Numbered from the stretch's first letter, positions 25,957 to 36,383 are shown. The stretch is DNA of 64,000 nucleotides from Candidatus Colwellbacteria bacterium (GCA_027448785.1 DAIDMW010000002.1:7252-71251), one strand, 5' to 3'. The notes: generated from the letters alone by a model not told the origin. Program-made: numbers and translations.

Positions 25957-27993
25957 CTATTTTCCGGCCAGACTGAGAAACTCTTCTTCTCCAATCACCC
26001 GAATACCAAGTTCCCTGGCCTTTTGCAATTTCGATCCCGGATTTTCTCCGGCTACCACCAGCGTGGTTTGTTTGCCGACCGACTCGGAGACGTCCCCGCC
26101 GAGCGCCCTAATCCTCTCCTTCGCCTCTTCGCGGGGCATAGTTCCCAATGTCCCAGTCAGAACTATGATCTGTCCGGATAATTTCCCCTTCGCCGCTACC
26201 TTCATCGGCAGCAAGCGCACACCATTCCGCTCCAGTTTTTCCAGAAAATTCACATTGCGCTGGTCTTTAAACCATAAGGTTATGCTTTCCGCCACCTTCG
26301 GCCCTATGTCCGGAAGTTCCTCTAGGCCGCTGGTTCCCATCTCTTTAACTATTCCTGCCAGGTGGCTGATTTCTATTTCCTTCGCCCCCAGACGCCAGGC
26401 TAAAGCCGCGGCCAGCGTCTGAGCAGTCTCCTCACCAACGTGCAGGATGCCGAGGCTGTAAATTAGCCGCGGCAGTTCGACGGACTTCTTCTCCCCGATC
26501 TCCCCAACTATTTTTTCCGCGGATTTTTCGCCGAATCTTTCCAGGGCGGCGATATCGCCTTTCTGAAGGGAGAAGATGTCGGCCGCGTCGGAGATCAATC
26601 CCTCGTCTACGAATCTGTCCAAAGCTTTCGGCCCTAATCCACGGATATCGAAAGCCGATCTGGAAACCAAATGGCGCATCAGTTCGCGGTTCCGCGCGCC
26701 GCACTTAGGATTGGAGCAGCGGTAGAAAACCCCGACTTTTTCCACTTTGGAGCCGTCGACCGGGCAAGTCTCCGGCATTCGGAACTCTTTCTCCCTGCCG
26801 GTGCGCATTTTGGCCAGGACCGAAGTGATCTGCGGTATCACGTCCCCGGCGCGGCTGATCACGACCGTATCCCCGATTTTCAGGCCGAGCTTCCGAATCT
26901 GGTCCAAGTTGTGCAACGTCGCATGGGAAATTCTGACGCCGCCAACCTCGACCGGACGCAACTCCGCCACAGGTGTTAGCGTTCCCGTCCGCCCCACCTG
27001 GACCAGAATGTTTTGAACTATGGTAGTCGCCTCGCGCGGAGAGAATTTGTAGGCGATGGCCGCTCGCGGCGCCTTGCCGACAGCTCCCGCCTCTCCGTAA
27101 ATATCGTTGTCGTTAAGGATAATAACTATCCCGTCGATCTCATAATCAAGCTTCTCGCGGTGCTTTTCCCAGTAGTCGCGGAACTCGAAGACCTCCTCTA
27201 GCGACTGGACCAGGCGGTTGTTCGGATTGGTTTTGAAGCCCAGCTCCTTCAGCTTCTCATGCTCTTTCTCGTGCTTCGTTAAGTCGAATCCGCTAACAAT
27301 ATCATAAGCGAAAGAATCCAGTCTGCGGCCGGCGGTGACTTTCGGGTCGAGCTGGCGAACCGAACCGGCGGCGATGTTGCGCGGGTTGGCATAAGCCTTT
27401 GCTCCCGCTTTCTCCTGCTCGCGGTTGATGCGCTCAAACTCTTTCCTGCTTAAAAAAACTTCCCCGCGGACCACTAAGCGGCGCGGAATCTCTTTTTCTT
27501 TAACGGTCATTAAGGAAAGCGGGATGGGCTCGACGGTTTTCAAATTCTGAGTAACGTCTTCGCCGACAATACCATCCCCTCTGGTCGAACCCTGGACGAA
27601 AACGCCGCTCTCATAAACCAATTCGATGGCTAGTCCATCGATTTTTAGCTCTACGTAAAACTCCCGCTTAACCTTACGGTTCAAATAATTTTCCAGCCGC
27701 TCCAGCCAGGCTTGGACATCCTCTCTGCTGAAGGCGTCATTGAAAGAAAGCATCGTCTCCTCATGTCGGACCTTCTTAAACTCCTTAAGCGGCTTTCCGC
27801 CGACCCTTTGCGTAGGCGAATCAGAAGTTATTAAATCCGGATACTGGTTTTCTAGATCGAAAAGCTCTTTTTTCAAAGAGTCCAGAGCCGCGTCGGAAAT
27901 CAGAGATTTATTCAAAACGTGATAAGCGTAGCGGTCGCGATTTATCTCCTTTTTCAGCCTTTCTATTCTCTCCTTAGCCTGCTTTTTATCCAT
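25957..27993 (-). CDS. ligA: NAD-dependent DNA ligase
   Basis: ELKIDG, TRGDG, NPRNIAAGSVRQLD, QVGRTG, Zn finger, C-terminal BRCT (GSKLQKA). Confidence 0.98.
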   Translation of the reverse strand: MDKKQAKERIERLKKEINRDRYAYHVLNKSLISDAALDSLKKELFDLENQYPDLITSDSPTQRVGGKPLKEFKKVRHEETMLSFNDAFSREDVQAWLERLENYLNRKVKREFYVELKIDGLAIELVYESGVFVQGSTRGDGIVGEDVTQNLKTVEPIPLSLMTVKEKEIPRRLVVRGEVFLSRKEFERINREQEKAGAKAYANPRNIAAGSVRQLDPKVTAGRRLDSFAYDIVSGFDLTKHEKEHEKLKELGFKTNPNNRLVQSLEEVFEFRDYWEKHREKLDYEIDGIVIILNDNDIYGEAGAVGKAPRAAIAYKFSPREATTIVQNILVQVGRTGTLTPVAELRPVEVGGVRISHATLHNLDQIRKLGLKIGDTVVISRAGDVIPQITSVLAKMRTGREKEFRMPETCPVDGSKVEKVGVFYRCSNPKCGARNRELMRHLVSRSAFDIRGLGPKALDRFVDEGLISDAADIFSLQKGDIAALERFGEKSAEKIVGEIGEKKSVELPRLIYSLGILHVGEETAQTLAAALAWRLGAKEIEISHLAGIVKEMGTSGLEELPDIGPKVAESITLWFKDQRNVNFLEKLERNGVRLLPMKVAAKGKLSGQIIVLTGTLGTMPREEAKERIRALGGDVSESVGKQTTLVVAGENPGSKLQKARELGIRVIGEEEFLSLAGK

Positions 27994-27997
27994 TATC

Positions 27998-28447
27998 TTA
28001 TTGGATCTGGCTCAGGGTTATCCGCAGAGACCTGGCGGTAGTACTGGCCACGTCCTGCCCGATTGAAACCCAGGTCTGGGAACCGTTAGTAGGATCCGAA
28101 GCTATACACTGCATCTTGTCCGAATAAAACGCATTGCTATTGTAATAAGTCGCGGGACTAGATCCACCGCAGGACAGCGTCCACGGACCGGTTATCGGAA
28201 CACTGCTACAGTTAACGGGAACGCAGCTTCCATCAGGCTGGGTGGTGTTGCAAAAATGGTAGTAAAGGATGCACTCGATCCCGGCATCGGCGGCGAAGAT
28301 AGCTTGAGCCGAAGCTTGGGCGTTCGTCACCTGGCGCAGCGAGTAAGACATAATAAGTCCGGCCAGCGTCGAGACCATCAGAATAACGCCGGCGATAACC
28401 AGCACGGTCAGTAAAAGCGTCTGTCCTTCTTGTTCTTTACGCATCAT
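27998..28447 (-). CDS. Minor pilin, PilX-like
   Basis: GQTLLLTVLV N-terminus lacking E5, AIFAADAGIE motif. Confidence 0.75.
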   Translation of the reverse strand: MMRKEQEGQTLLLTVLVIAGVILMVSTLAGLIMSYSLRQVTNAQASAQAIFAADAGIECILYYHFCNTTQPDGSCVPVNCSSVPITGPWTLSCGGSSPATYYNSNAFYSDKMQCIASDPTNGSQTWVSIGQDVASTTARSLRITLSQIQ

Positions 28448-29034
28448 TATTGATAATAATACAACCTCTGGCTGACCGTTGTCTCCAGGTTGAAGGGCGC
28501 GACGAAACCGAACGCCTCGTTCGCCGGATTAGTCCCTTGGACGGCTATGGTTATCCGCGGCGGAAAACTCCGGACGCCGCACCAGTTAGTCACGATGAAC
28601 TGAAGATTAGTAATATTCGTTCCCGCCGGCGTCATGGGCAAAGATTGGCCGCTATTAATAGTTTGCATTATCTGATTATTATTAGTCGTGGAATTTATTT
28701 GTCGGCTATAACTGACCGTCGTCGTAGCGCCAAAACCGTCCGTGTAGGTAAATTTTATGGATGGATACGGCGTCTGACAGTCGGTAAACGAACTTAGAGG
28801 AATATAGGTCCCTCCCTGCGGAACTTCAAAATTACTGGCGGTGCGCATCTCCCTCGCGATCTCCTCCACCGCCAGCGAAACGTTAGCAATCGTCGCGCTC
28901 TGGCCGGCCACTCCTCTTTCCGTCTGAACCGAGCGCAGGAAGATGCTCATCACCGTCACGATAACCGCGACGAATAAGGTCATCGCGACCACCATCTCGA
29001 TCAATGTAAAACCGTCGTTGTTTTTATTCATCAT
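28447..29034 (-). CDS. Minor pilin, PilW-like
   Basis: GFTLIEMVVAM, IAREMRTA, LETTVSQR. Confidence 0.8.
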   Translation of the reverse strand: MMNKNNDGFTLIEMVVAMTLFVAVIVTVMSIFLRSVQTERGVAGQSATIANVSLAVEEIAREMRTASNFEVPQGGTYIPLSSFTDCQTPYPSIKFTYTDGFGATTTVSYSRQINSTTNNNQIMQTINSGQSLPMTPAGTNITNLQFIVTNWCGVRSFPPRITIAVQGTNPANEAFGFVAPFNLETTVSQRLYYYQ

Positions 29035-29615
29035 CTCCAGTTTAGAAAATCTGTTGCGACGCTAACGACTCCATACCCGCCGGCCCTGGCCGAGGTAGGC
29101 CATATTACCGTGGAAATCGCCCTGATCTGGTTGTTGCCGGAATTGGGAGTATTGATATATTCCACCTGCACATATCTTCTATATATAGTGGACGTAGAAG
29201 TCCTCGTATATTGATACGCTCCTAAATCGTTTAGATAAAGAGTGGCGAGCTGATTATAAGTCGAAGAAGCGCTATTAAGATTGGTGAGGCCGGGGCCAAT
29301 GTCGGGACCGGTCGAGGTACTCGTGTAATCAACCTCGTATATCCCCGGCCCCACGCCGGCATTCCACGCGCCGCCCGTGCTGCCGCCGCTGTTTAGAGCG
29401 TTGCTATCCAAAATGTTCTTCGTGACCTCGATCCCCTCGGCGGCCAGATCGGCGGCAATAAACTGGTTGCCGACCGTCCTGCCCTCGTGTACCGCCCGGG
29501 CGATGACTCCGACGATCCCGACGATGGCAATTGTAAAAATGCCGATGGCGATTACCGACTCGACCAGTAGCTGTCCTTCCCTGTTATTTAAAATTTTAAT
29601 TATCTGGCTCTTCAT
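29031..29615 (-). CDS. Minor pilin, PilV-like
   Basis: GQLLVESVIAI, LAAEGIEV, STVIWP. Confidence 0.75.
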   Translation of the reverse strand: MKSQIIKILNNREGQLLVESVIAIGIFTIAIVGIVGVIARAVHEGRTVGNQFIAADLAAEGIEVTKNILDSNALNSGGSTGGAWNAGVGPGIYEVDYTSTSTGPDIGPGLTNLNSASSTYNQLATLYLNDLGAYQYTRTSTSTIYRRYVQVEYINTPNSGNNQIRAISTVIWPTSARAGGYGVVSVATDFLNWR

Positions 29616-29616
29616 T

Positions 29617-30192
29617 TTAGTGCGGCGGCGGATTATAAGTTAAATCAATAAGCCCGGCAGCGTTTACCTCCACTCCTCTGGCTTCCTGATTGTCTATCGA
29701 AACTATATTCAGCACTATCGAATTGGTGCTGGTCGAACCGTCTATATACACCGCCGGATCGGGTGGAAGGAAAAATATGTTGCTGGAGCTGGCAAACTGC
29801 AGTGACTTATCCAGCGTCATTGAATTAAGGGTTCCTCCCATCGCCGAAGCGCTGGAGTTATACGTGGTGATAAACGGCAAAGCGCCGCAGGCGTAAAAGA
29901 TAAATGCGGCGGAAGACGATGCACTGACACGCACTCCGTACCCGCATTGCTGACCTGCTGGCATACTGCCTTGGTAAGCCACACTGTTGATGGATAAGGC
30001 GCGGGCGCGGGTCAGAAGGCCCTGCAGCTGCTGCTGGCTGGTAGACAGCAAGAACTCGCGCCGATTGGCGGGAGCCGAAGCGACGGCTATGCCGAGCAGG
30101 ATCGAGATGATAGTTATCGAAACCAGCAGCTCGATGAGGGTGAATCCTTCGGTTTTTCGGAACCGGTTGGTGTCCGGCCTTAATTTCCGCAT
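29617..30192 (-). CDS. Minor pilin, FimU/FimT-like
   Basis: GFTLIELLVSI, ARALSI, YGV, VNAAGLI. Start taken at ATG 30192. Confidence 0.75.
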   Translation of the reverse strand: MRKLRPDTNRFRKTEGFTLIELLVSITIISILLGIAVASAPANRREFLLSTSQQQLQGLLTRARALSINSVAYQGSMPAGQQCGYGVRVSASSSAAFIFYACGALPFITTYNSSASAMGGTLNSMTLDKSLQFASSSNIFFLPPDPAVYIDGSTSTNSIVLNIVSIDNQEARGVEVNAAGLIDLTYNPPPH

Positions 30193-30208
30193 TCGGCGGA
30201 GAAATAAA

Positions 30209-31162
30209 TTAAATCTGCAAGCCGAAAAGCCTGAAGTAGCCATTAATAATATCGTAGCCGAAAAAGTACAGCAAGGTAATACCCAGAACTATGAACGGAG
30301 CGAACGGCAAGCGGCTCTTCATTTTTTCGCGCCCCAAAGCCATAAGGAAAAGGCTGATGATCGAGCCTAAAATAAACGCCAAGAGCAGAGCGATCGCCGA
30401 ATCAGGCCATCCCAAAAGCAGTCCTACCGCGCCCATCAGTTTAACATCGCCAAAACCCATCGCGCGTCCGCGGCTGCCGAAATGCAATATCCCCAGAAAA
30501 ACGACCCCGAAAACCACTCCGACCAAAGCGTTTATCCAGATATTCTGATTGAAGCCGAAAATCGGAGCATAGGCGCCAATGAACGAGCCGCGGATGCTTC
30601 CATCGACGAGGCCGAAGCCGGAATAAAAATATTTGAGAACGAGAGCGGCGGCTCCGAGAATAGCGAGAAAAATAGTCAATCCGTCGGGTATCATCTTAAA
30701 GCGCAGATCGACGGCGGCGATTAATAGCAAGGTGTAAAAAGCCATTATCCAGATTCCGGCAAGCGAAACGCTGCCGATCGCCGCCATATGTAGAGTGTGG
30801 TAAAAAGCGGCGTTGGCCGAATTTATGGGAAGCAGGCCCAATCCGGCAAAAATATCGGGATTGGCGGCAATAGTCATCCAAGGAACGGCGACCATAATCA
30901 ATCCGCTCAACAACTCCACCAGCGGATACTGCCAGGTCAGCCTAGCCTTGCAGCTGCGGCAGCGGCCGCGCTGGGCAGCGAAGCTCAAGAGCGGTACCAG
31001 CTCGTACCAGCGCAGAGTGCGGTTGCAGTGCGGACAATGCGACCGGCCGCCGGTATTTTTAAACAGGCTTTCCTTCGGGTCGTAGCGCAGGATGACGACG
31101 TTTAAAAAGCTGCCGATGGCGGCGCCGAGGATGAAGAGAAGGATATAAGTCAGGGTCGGCAC
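30209..31162 (-). CDS. pilD: Prepilin peptidase (A24)
   Basis: GSFLNVVILR, RSHCPHC, GRCRSC, YPLVEL, MGFGDVKL, LPFAPF. Confidence 0.95.
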   Translation of the reverse strand: MPTLTYILLFILGAAIGSFLNVVILRYDPKESLFKNTGGRSHCPHCNRTLRWYELVPLLSFAAQRGRCRSCKARLTWQYPLVELLSGLIMVAVPWMTIAANPDIFAGLGLLPINSANAAFYHTLHMAAIGSVSLAGIWIMAFYTLLLIAAVDLRFKMIPDGLTIFLAILGAAALVLKYFYSGFGLVDGSIRGSFIGAYAPIFGFNQNIWINALVGVVFGVVFLGILHFGSRGRAMGFGDVKLMGAVGLLLGWPDSAIALLLAFILGSIISLFLMALGREKMKSRLPFAPFIVLGITLLYFFGYDIINGYFRLFGLQI

Positions 31163-31180
31163 GGAAGATTTTTACCTAAA

Positions 31181-31654
31181 TTATTGAGGAGAGACGCAGT
31201 AAATATACGAACCTGTACTAGTTCCACACTGATAAGATCCGCATGGTTGTGGCGGATTAATTAATGATTGTGACATCTGATTAAGCACAGTATTATTAGT
31301 TTCTAATTTAGCCCCCAAAATATAAGACGTGGTTCCACTGGCGTCATAACAATACTGATAAGCCGGATCTGTTGGTGAAGGAATCGAAACATTTATTGCG
31401 GTTTTCATCTCACTTTGAAATCCAGGCCATGTAGTTGCAGTCGACGGATATTGTCCTTCCGCGTTATAGTAAAGTTCTAAATAATTCTGTATTGTCCGTA
31501 TATCAGATATCCTTTTAGAGTCTCGAGCAGATGCTAGAAAAGCAAAAGACCTGATGACAATGGTCGCCAAAATACCGATGATGGCGATGACGATCATCAT
31601 TTCGATGAGGGTAAAGCCCTCGTCTCCCCGCTTCTTGTTAAATAATTGCTTCAT
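31181..31654 (-). CDS. Type IV major pilin candidate
   Basis: GFTLIEMMIVIAIIGILA, ARDSKRISD, LELYY...YP, GAKLE, C-terminal Cys residues. Confidence 0.85.
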   Translation of the reverse strand: MKQLFNKKRGDEGFTLIEMMIVIAIIGILATIVIRSFAFLASARDSKRISDIRTIQNYLELYYNAEGQYPSTATTWPGFQSEMKTAINVSIPSPTDPAYQYCYDASGTTSYILGAKLETNNTVLNQMSQSLINPPQPCGSYQCGTSTGSYIYCVSPQ

Positions 31655-31747
31655 ATTGGATAACGTTGAATTTCCTTAATTTTAAAGCTTCGCTCGGAAT
31701 AAGCAACCACGGAGTTGTTGATAACTCAACCGGGCCGAGTCTAGGGA

Positions 31748-31853
31748 GTGCAAAACTTAAAGCGCAAAATAACGGAGCGCAAAGCTTAAAGCGCAAAATG
31801 CAAAAGAATTACGTTGTTATTTTTCATTTTTAGCTTTTCGCTTTGCGTTTTTT
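31748..31853. repeat. Heptamer palindromic element, copy 6
   Basis: GAGCGCAAAGCTTAAAGCGCAAAATGCAAAAGAA...TTTTAGCTTTTCGCTTTGCG. Abuts the pilC stop. Confidence 0.8.
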
Positions 31854-33071
31854 CTACTGCTGGTTGATCGCCGAGACCAAGGAATAAATCGGGATAAGAA
31901 TCGAAGCAAAAAGTAGTCCGACCAATCCGCCGATAAAAATCATCATCAACGGCTGAATCATTTCCACGAGGTTGTTCACCGAGTCGTCCACTTCACGAGA
32001 ATAAAAAGTGGAGACCCGCATCAGAAGATCCTCAAGCTTTCCAGTAGATTCTCCGACCGCCACCATTTGGCCGACCAACATCGGGAAATAATCATATTCT
32101 CGGTTTAAAGCCTGAGAAAGCAGTTCTCCCTTGCGGATAGCGTCGGCTATGCGGCGCATCGCTTCTTCGTAAACGCGGCTGCCGATCGTTTTTCCCGTAA
32201 CCTCAATAGCCTGGGCGATCGGCACTCCTCCTTTAATCAGAACGGCCAGTGACTCGGAAAAGCGGGCAACGTACATTTCCTTCAGCATAGTGTTAAAGAT
32301 CGGTACCCGCAGAATAAACTCGTCGTAAACAATCCTTCCCTCCGGCGAATGGAAGTAGTCGAGGAAGAAGATAACCATGGCGACAATAACGATCAAGACG
32401 ACCCACCACCATTGGGCCATGAAGTTGCCTCCCACCAGAAGCCACTGGGTGATAAACGGCAGCTGCGCGCCTACCTGTTCAAAAGCCGAACCCAGCTGCG
32501 GCAGAACGGTCGTGCCCATAAACACCCCGACGAATAAGAAAAGCAGGATCATTATCACCGGATAAATCAAAGCGTTGCGGATCTTGTCGGCCAGCGAAAT
32601 GTTCTTCTCGATATAGTCGGCCAAGAATCCCATCACCTCTTCCACCCGTCCGGTCACCTCGCCGGATTGCAGCATGTTCACGTAGAACTCGGAAAAAACC
32701 GCGGTTTGCTTGCTTAGCGCCTGGGAGAGCGACAACCCCGAGGCGACATCCTCCTGGATGTTGATAATCGCTTCCTGCAGAATCGGATTGCGGGTCTGAC
32801 GGATCAGGGTTTTTAAGGCGTCCCCCAGCGGCACCTTGGCCTCCAGCAATGTGGCGAACTGCCTAGTGAAGACCATTAAATCCTTACCTTTGACGCGGTT
32901 GACCAATAAATAGAGCTCGTTATTGAATCCTTTTCGCTCCGCCTCGTTGATGCTCAGGATAAACAAACTATGGCTGGTCAGAATATTGATAGCCAACTTC
33001 TTATTCGGGGCTTCCACGAAGCCGACCTGCAATTCGCCGCTTTGGGTTCTGGCTTGGTATCTAAACTTCAT
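31854..33071 (-). CDS. pilC: Type IV pilus platform protein (GspF family)
   Basis: FTRQFATLL, GLSLSQAL, ALIYP, MVAVGESTGKL. Confidence 0.94.
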   Translation of the reverse strand: MKFRYQARTQSGELQVGFVEAPNKKLAINILTSHSLFILSINEAERKGFNNELYLLVNRVKGKDLMVFTRQFATLLEAKVPLGDALKTLIRQTRNPILQEAIINIQEDVASGLSLSQALSKQTAVFSEFYVNMLQSGEVTGRVEEVMGFLADYIEKNISLADKIRNALIYPVIMILLFLFVGVFMGTTVLPQLGSAFEQVGAQLPFITQWLLVGGNFMAQWWWVVLIVIVAMVIFFLDYFHSPEGRIVYDEFILRVPIFNTMLKEMYVARFSESLAVLIKGGVPIAQAIEVTGKTIGSRVYEEAMRRIADAIRKGELLSQALNREYDYFPMLVGQMVAVGESTGKLEDLLMRVSTFYSREVDDSVNNLVEMIQPLMMIFIGGLVGLLFASILIPIYSLVSAINQQ

Positions 33072-33088
33072 CTTTTAAACCGGCGGAA

Positions 33089-34159
33089 CTAAATTTTTTC
33101 GAGGAGTATCCGCAACTCTCCCGGATTAAGCGAGTACAGCTCCGCGTTTTCCAGCGACACCTCCTTGTTCTTCACTAGTTCGGCCAGCGAGCGGTTCATA
33201 TTGATCATCCCTTCCTGCAGGCTGGTCTCGATAACCAAGTCGATCTGGTAAACCTTGCGCTCTCGGATAAGGTTACGAATAGCAGAGTTCATCAACATTA
33301 TCTCGGTGGCCGGAACGCGGCCTCCGTCAATCCTCGGCACCAAGCGCTCGGAGACGATTCCGACCAGAGTGGCCGCCAGCTGCGAGGTTATCTGGCCCTG
33401 CTGGTCAACCGGAAAAGAGTCTATGATGCGGTCAATTGTCTGAGCGGCGGAGTTGGTGTGCAGCGTCGAAAAAACCAAGTGACCGGTTTCGGCCGCGGTC
33501 ATGGCGGTAGCGATGGATTCGCGGTCGCGCATCTCGCCGATCATAACCACGTCCGGGTCCTGGCGCAGGAGCGAACGCAGCGAACGGTGAAAGCTCGGGC
33601 TGTCGGTCGAGATCTCGCGCTGCGAGACGATACTGCGGTCCTGGACGAACAGGTACTCTATCGGGTCCTCGATGGTGATGATGTGCTCCATGCGGTTGTG
33701 GTTGATCTCATCGAGTAACGCCGCCAATGTCGTCGACTTACCTTGGCCAGCCGGCCCCACCACTAGAACAAAGCCTTGATTTAGTTTGGTAAAATCGTGG
33801 ACCACCGGCGGAAGACGCAGCTCTTCCACCGTTTTAATTTCCGCCGGAATAAGACGAAGGGCCGCGGCCATAAACCCACGCTGGAAAAAGACGTTGACGC
33901 GGAAGCGCGCCTTGTCCTCGAAAGAATAGGAAAAGTCGAGATCGCCGTACCTTAAAAGCTTTTCCTTCTGCTCGGGAGTGAGCATCGCCAGGACCAGCCC
34001 CTGAGTGTCTTCCGGAGTCAGAATCTGCTCGTTCTGCAACCCGACCAGGACTCCGTCTATCCTGAGAGTAGGCTTGCGGCCGACTGCAATATGCAGGTCT
34101 GAGGCGTTCTGCCTAGCCGCCGTCAGGAGTAAGTCTTTTAATTTCTGCGCGTAACCCAT
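33089..34159 (-). CDS. pilT: Type IV pilus retraction ATPase
   Basis: ASDLH, GPAGQGKSTT, EDPIE, LRQDPDV, AETGHLV, AIRNLIRE motif. Confidence 0.95.
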   Translation of the reverse strand: MGYAQKLKDLLLTAARQNASDLHIAVGRKPTLRIDGVLVGLQNEQILTPEDTQGLVLAMLTPEQKEKLLRYGDLDFSYSFEDKARFRVNVFFQRGFMAAALRLIPAEIKTVEELRLPPVVHDFTKLNQGFVLVVGPAGQGKSTTLAALLDEINHNRMEHIITIEDPIEYLFVQDRSIVSQREISTDSPSFHRSLRSLLRQDPDVVMIGEMRDRESIATAMTAAETGHLVFSTLHTNSAAQTIDRIIDSFPVDQQGQITSQLAATLVGIVSERLVPRIDGGRVPATEIMLMNSAIRNLIRERKVYQIDLVIETSLQEGMINMNRSLAELVKNKEVSLENAELYSLNPGELRILLEKI

Positions 34160-34267
34160 TTATGTCTTAATTTTATAAGGTTTAACGGTTGGTGGCTAGT
34201 GGATAAAAAAACCAAACTCAACGCCCTTATTATTAGGGTACTGAAATTTAGTGGTGGTGCTTAAATG

Positions 34268-34304
34268 TTTAGTATTTCGGATTTAGGATTTTAGATTTTT
34301 GCCC
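34268..34304. repeat. Right half of an AAATCCG-class heptamer module
   Basis: TTTAGTATTTCGGATTTAGGATTTTAGATTT just downstream of the pilB stop. Confidence 0.6.
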
Positions 34305-36068
34305 CTAGGTCTCCACTGTCTCATTTAAAACCTCCTCGATCGAAACCACGCCCTGCATAGCTTTCAGAATGCCGTCCTGGCGCAGGCTGACCATTCCCTG
34401 CCGGCGCGACTCGGCGCGAACCTTGCTTTCGTCTCCGCCGCTTGTATTGATTATCTCCTCAAGCTCGCGGGTTGTTTTAAAGACCTCGAAAAGAGCGACG
34501 CGGCCCTGCGTCCCCTTGCCCTTGCAGGCCTGGCATCCGGGTGAATGGAAAACAGTGAACGGTCCCTCCGGCTGCAGGCCGGGGACTATCTGCGCGAATC
34601 TCACCAGCTCTTCCTTGGTCAGCTTGGCCAATTCCTTTCCGATCACCTCCTGAACATTAGCCGGAGCCTGGATCGGCTGCTTGCAGCTCTGGCAGAGCCG
34701 GCGCACCAGCCTCTGGGCAACCATTAGGTTAAGCGACGACGGCAGCAGAAATGGCTCAATCCCCATATCAATCAAGCGCGGAATGACGCCGACCGCGTCG
34801 TTGGTGTGCAGCGTCGAAAGGACGATATGTCCGGTCAAAGCCGCCTGAACAGCCAAGTCGGCCGTTTCGCGATCACGGATCTCGCCGACCATGATGATAT
34901 CCGGGTCCTGCCGGACAGCTTGTCGCAGTCCGGCGGCGAAGGTATAGCCTATCTCCGGACGGATTTGCGACTGATTGATGCCGTCGACGAAGTACTCAAC
35001 CGGATCTTCCATGCTCAAGATATTGACATCTTCCTTGTTCAGTATCTGCAACAAGGCGTAAAGAGTCGTCGTCTTACCGCTTCCAGTAGGACCGGTTATC
35101 AAAACCATGCCGAACGGCTTATTTATGCCGTCCTTTACCAGGTCGGCGTTGTGTCCGATAAGCCCTAAATCGTCGATGCTCTTCAATCCGACGGTTGGGT
35201 CAAGCACGCGGATAGCCATCTTCTCCCCTACCGGGGTCGGGAAGGTGGAGACTCGGTAATCAATATCTCGGCCGAAAATCAGAGTGCGGAATCTGCCGTC
35301 CTGCGGCACTCTGGTCTCGTCTATCTTCAAATCGGCCAGTATCTTGATGCGGGAGATTATTGGCTGGCCGAGCTCGATTGGCATCGCCGCGGTTTCCTGC
35401 AGAGCGCCATCGACGCGGAATCGAACGCGCAGGCGGTCGCGCTGCGGCTCGATATGGATGTCCGAAGCTCCCCTCTCCACCGCCTCCTTCAACGTCGAGG
35501 AAACGATACGGATGATGGGAGCCTCCTTGCTGCCGGCGACCTGCTCTTCCAAGTTTATGGTGCGCTGGGTGACGCTTAAGTTGCTCCCGGGCTTGATATT
35601 AAGGGAAGCCACCGCCTCCTGAATGACGGTCTGATACGGGGAATAGCGGCGCAGCGCCATCTCCAAGTCGGTCGGGGTTATGATGTACACTCCCAGACTG
35701 AAATTGTTCTGCTTGGCGATGAATCGCAGCGCCTCTTGCGCACGCGTATCGTCGGGATTGACCATTCCCACCACCAGCATTTGGTTGCTGAAGTTCAGCG
35801 GAACGAGTTGATAGGTGTCGGCCGTCTCCTCTGGTATGATCTTCAAGACCTCTGCCGAAATGGTCAGCGGATCGATCTTCTCGTAGGGAACGCCTAATAC
35901 CGCGCTTTTCGCCTTGGCCACCGCCGCCTCGTCGAGAATGCGCCTCAAATAGATGATCTGTTCCAGCGGCTGATTGCCCTGCTCGGCCTCGGTTAAAAGC
36001 TTCCGGGAAAGCTCCTCCGAAAACAATCCGCTTTTAACCAGTGAGTCTGCTAGCGCTCTGTTTTCCAT
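34305..36068 (-). CDS. pilB: Type IV pilus assembly ATPase (GspE/PilB)
   Basis: ASDIHIEP, PQDGR, TGPTGSGKTTT, RQDPDIIMVGEIRD, tetra-Cys. Confidence 0.95.
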   Translation of the reverse strand: MENRALADSLVKSGLFSEELSRKLLTEAEQGNQPLEQIIYLRRILDEAAVAKAKSAVLGVPYEKIDPLTISAEVLKIIPEETADTYQLVPLNFSNQMLVVGMVNPDDTRAQEALRFIAKQNNFSLGVYIITPTDLEMALRRYSPYQTVIQEAVASLNIKPGSNLSVTQRTINLEEQVAGSKEAPIIRIVSSTLKEAVERGASDIHIEPQRDRLRVRFRVDGALQETAAMPIELGQPIISRIKILADLKIDETRVPQDGRFRTLIFGRDIDYRVSTFPTPVGEKMAIRVLDPTVGLKSIDDLGLIGHNADLVKDGINKPFGMVLITGPTGSGKTTTLYALLQILNKEDVNILSMEDPVEYFVDGINQSQIRPEIGYTFAAGLRQAVRQDPDIIMVGEIRDRETADLAVQAALTGHIVLSTLHTNDAVGVIPRLIDMGIEPFLLPSSLNLMVAQRLVRRLCQSCKQPIQAPANVQEVIGKELAKLTKEELVRFAQIVPGLQPEGPFTVFHSPGCQACKGKGTQGRVALFEVFKTTRELEEIINTSGGDESKVRAESRRQGMVSLRQDGILKAMQGVVSIEEVLNETVET

Positions 36069-36074
36069 TGATCG

Positions 36075-36377
36075 TTAAAAAGGTTGGAAGGGATCCGGGC
36101 GCCCTAATGCCCCGATGCTTGGCGCTCCCGGTCCGCTAGTGGCGGTTATCATATGATAAACCTGCATGTTTTGTAGCGGAGTGACGTCGAGGTTGACGTT
36201 GTTGATCTGCGAGATGGAGGAAACATTGCCGGGAAGGACGCTTTCCACCAGCGGCGCCGGAGAGAAAAAGGCGAAGTAGGTTATGGCGAATAATCCGACC
36301 GCCACGGCGGATATGGTCAGAATAGTCACGATGTTCGATCCACGCTGTGCTTGCTGTTCTTCAACTACGATAGCCAT
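36075..36377 (-). CDS. Small single-TM pilus accessory protein (PilP position)
   Basis: Ends in GRPDPFQPF. Lies between pilO and pilB. Confidence 0.6.
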   Translation of the reverse strand: MAIVVEEQQAQRGSNIVTILTISAVAVGLFAITYFAFFSPAPLVESVLPGNVSSISQINNVNLDVTPLQNMQVYHMITATSGPGAPSIGALGRPDPFQPF

Positions 36378-36383
36378 TGTTTT

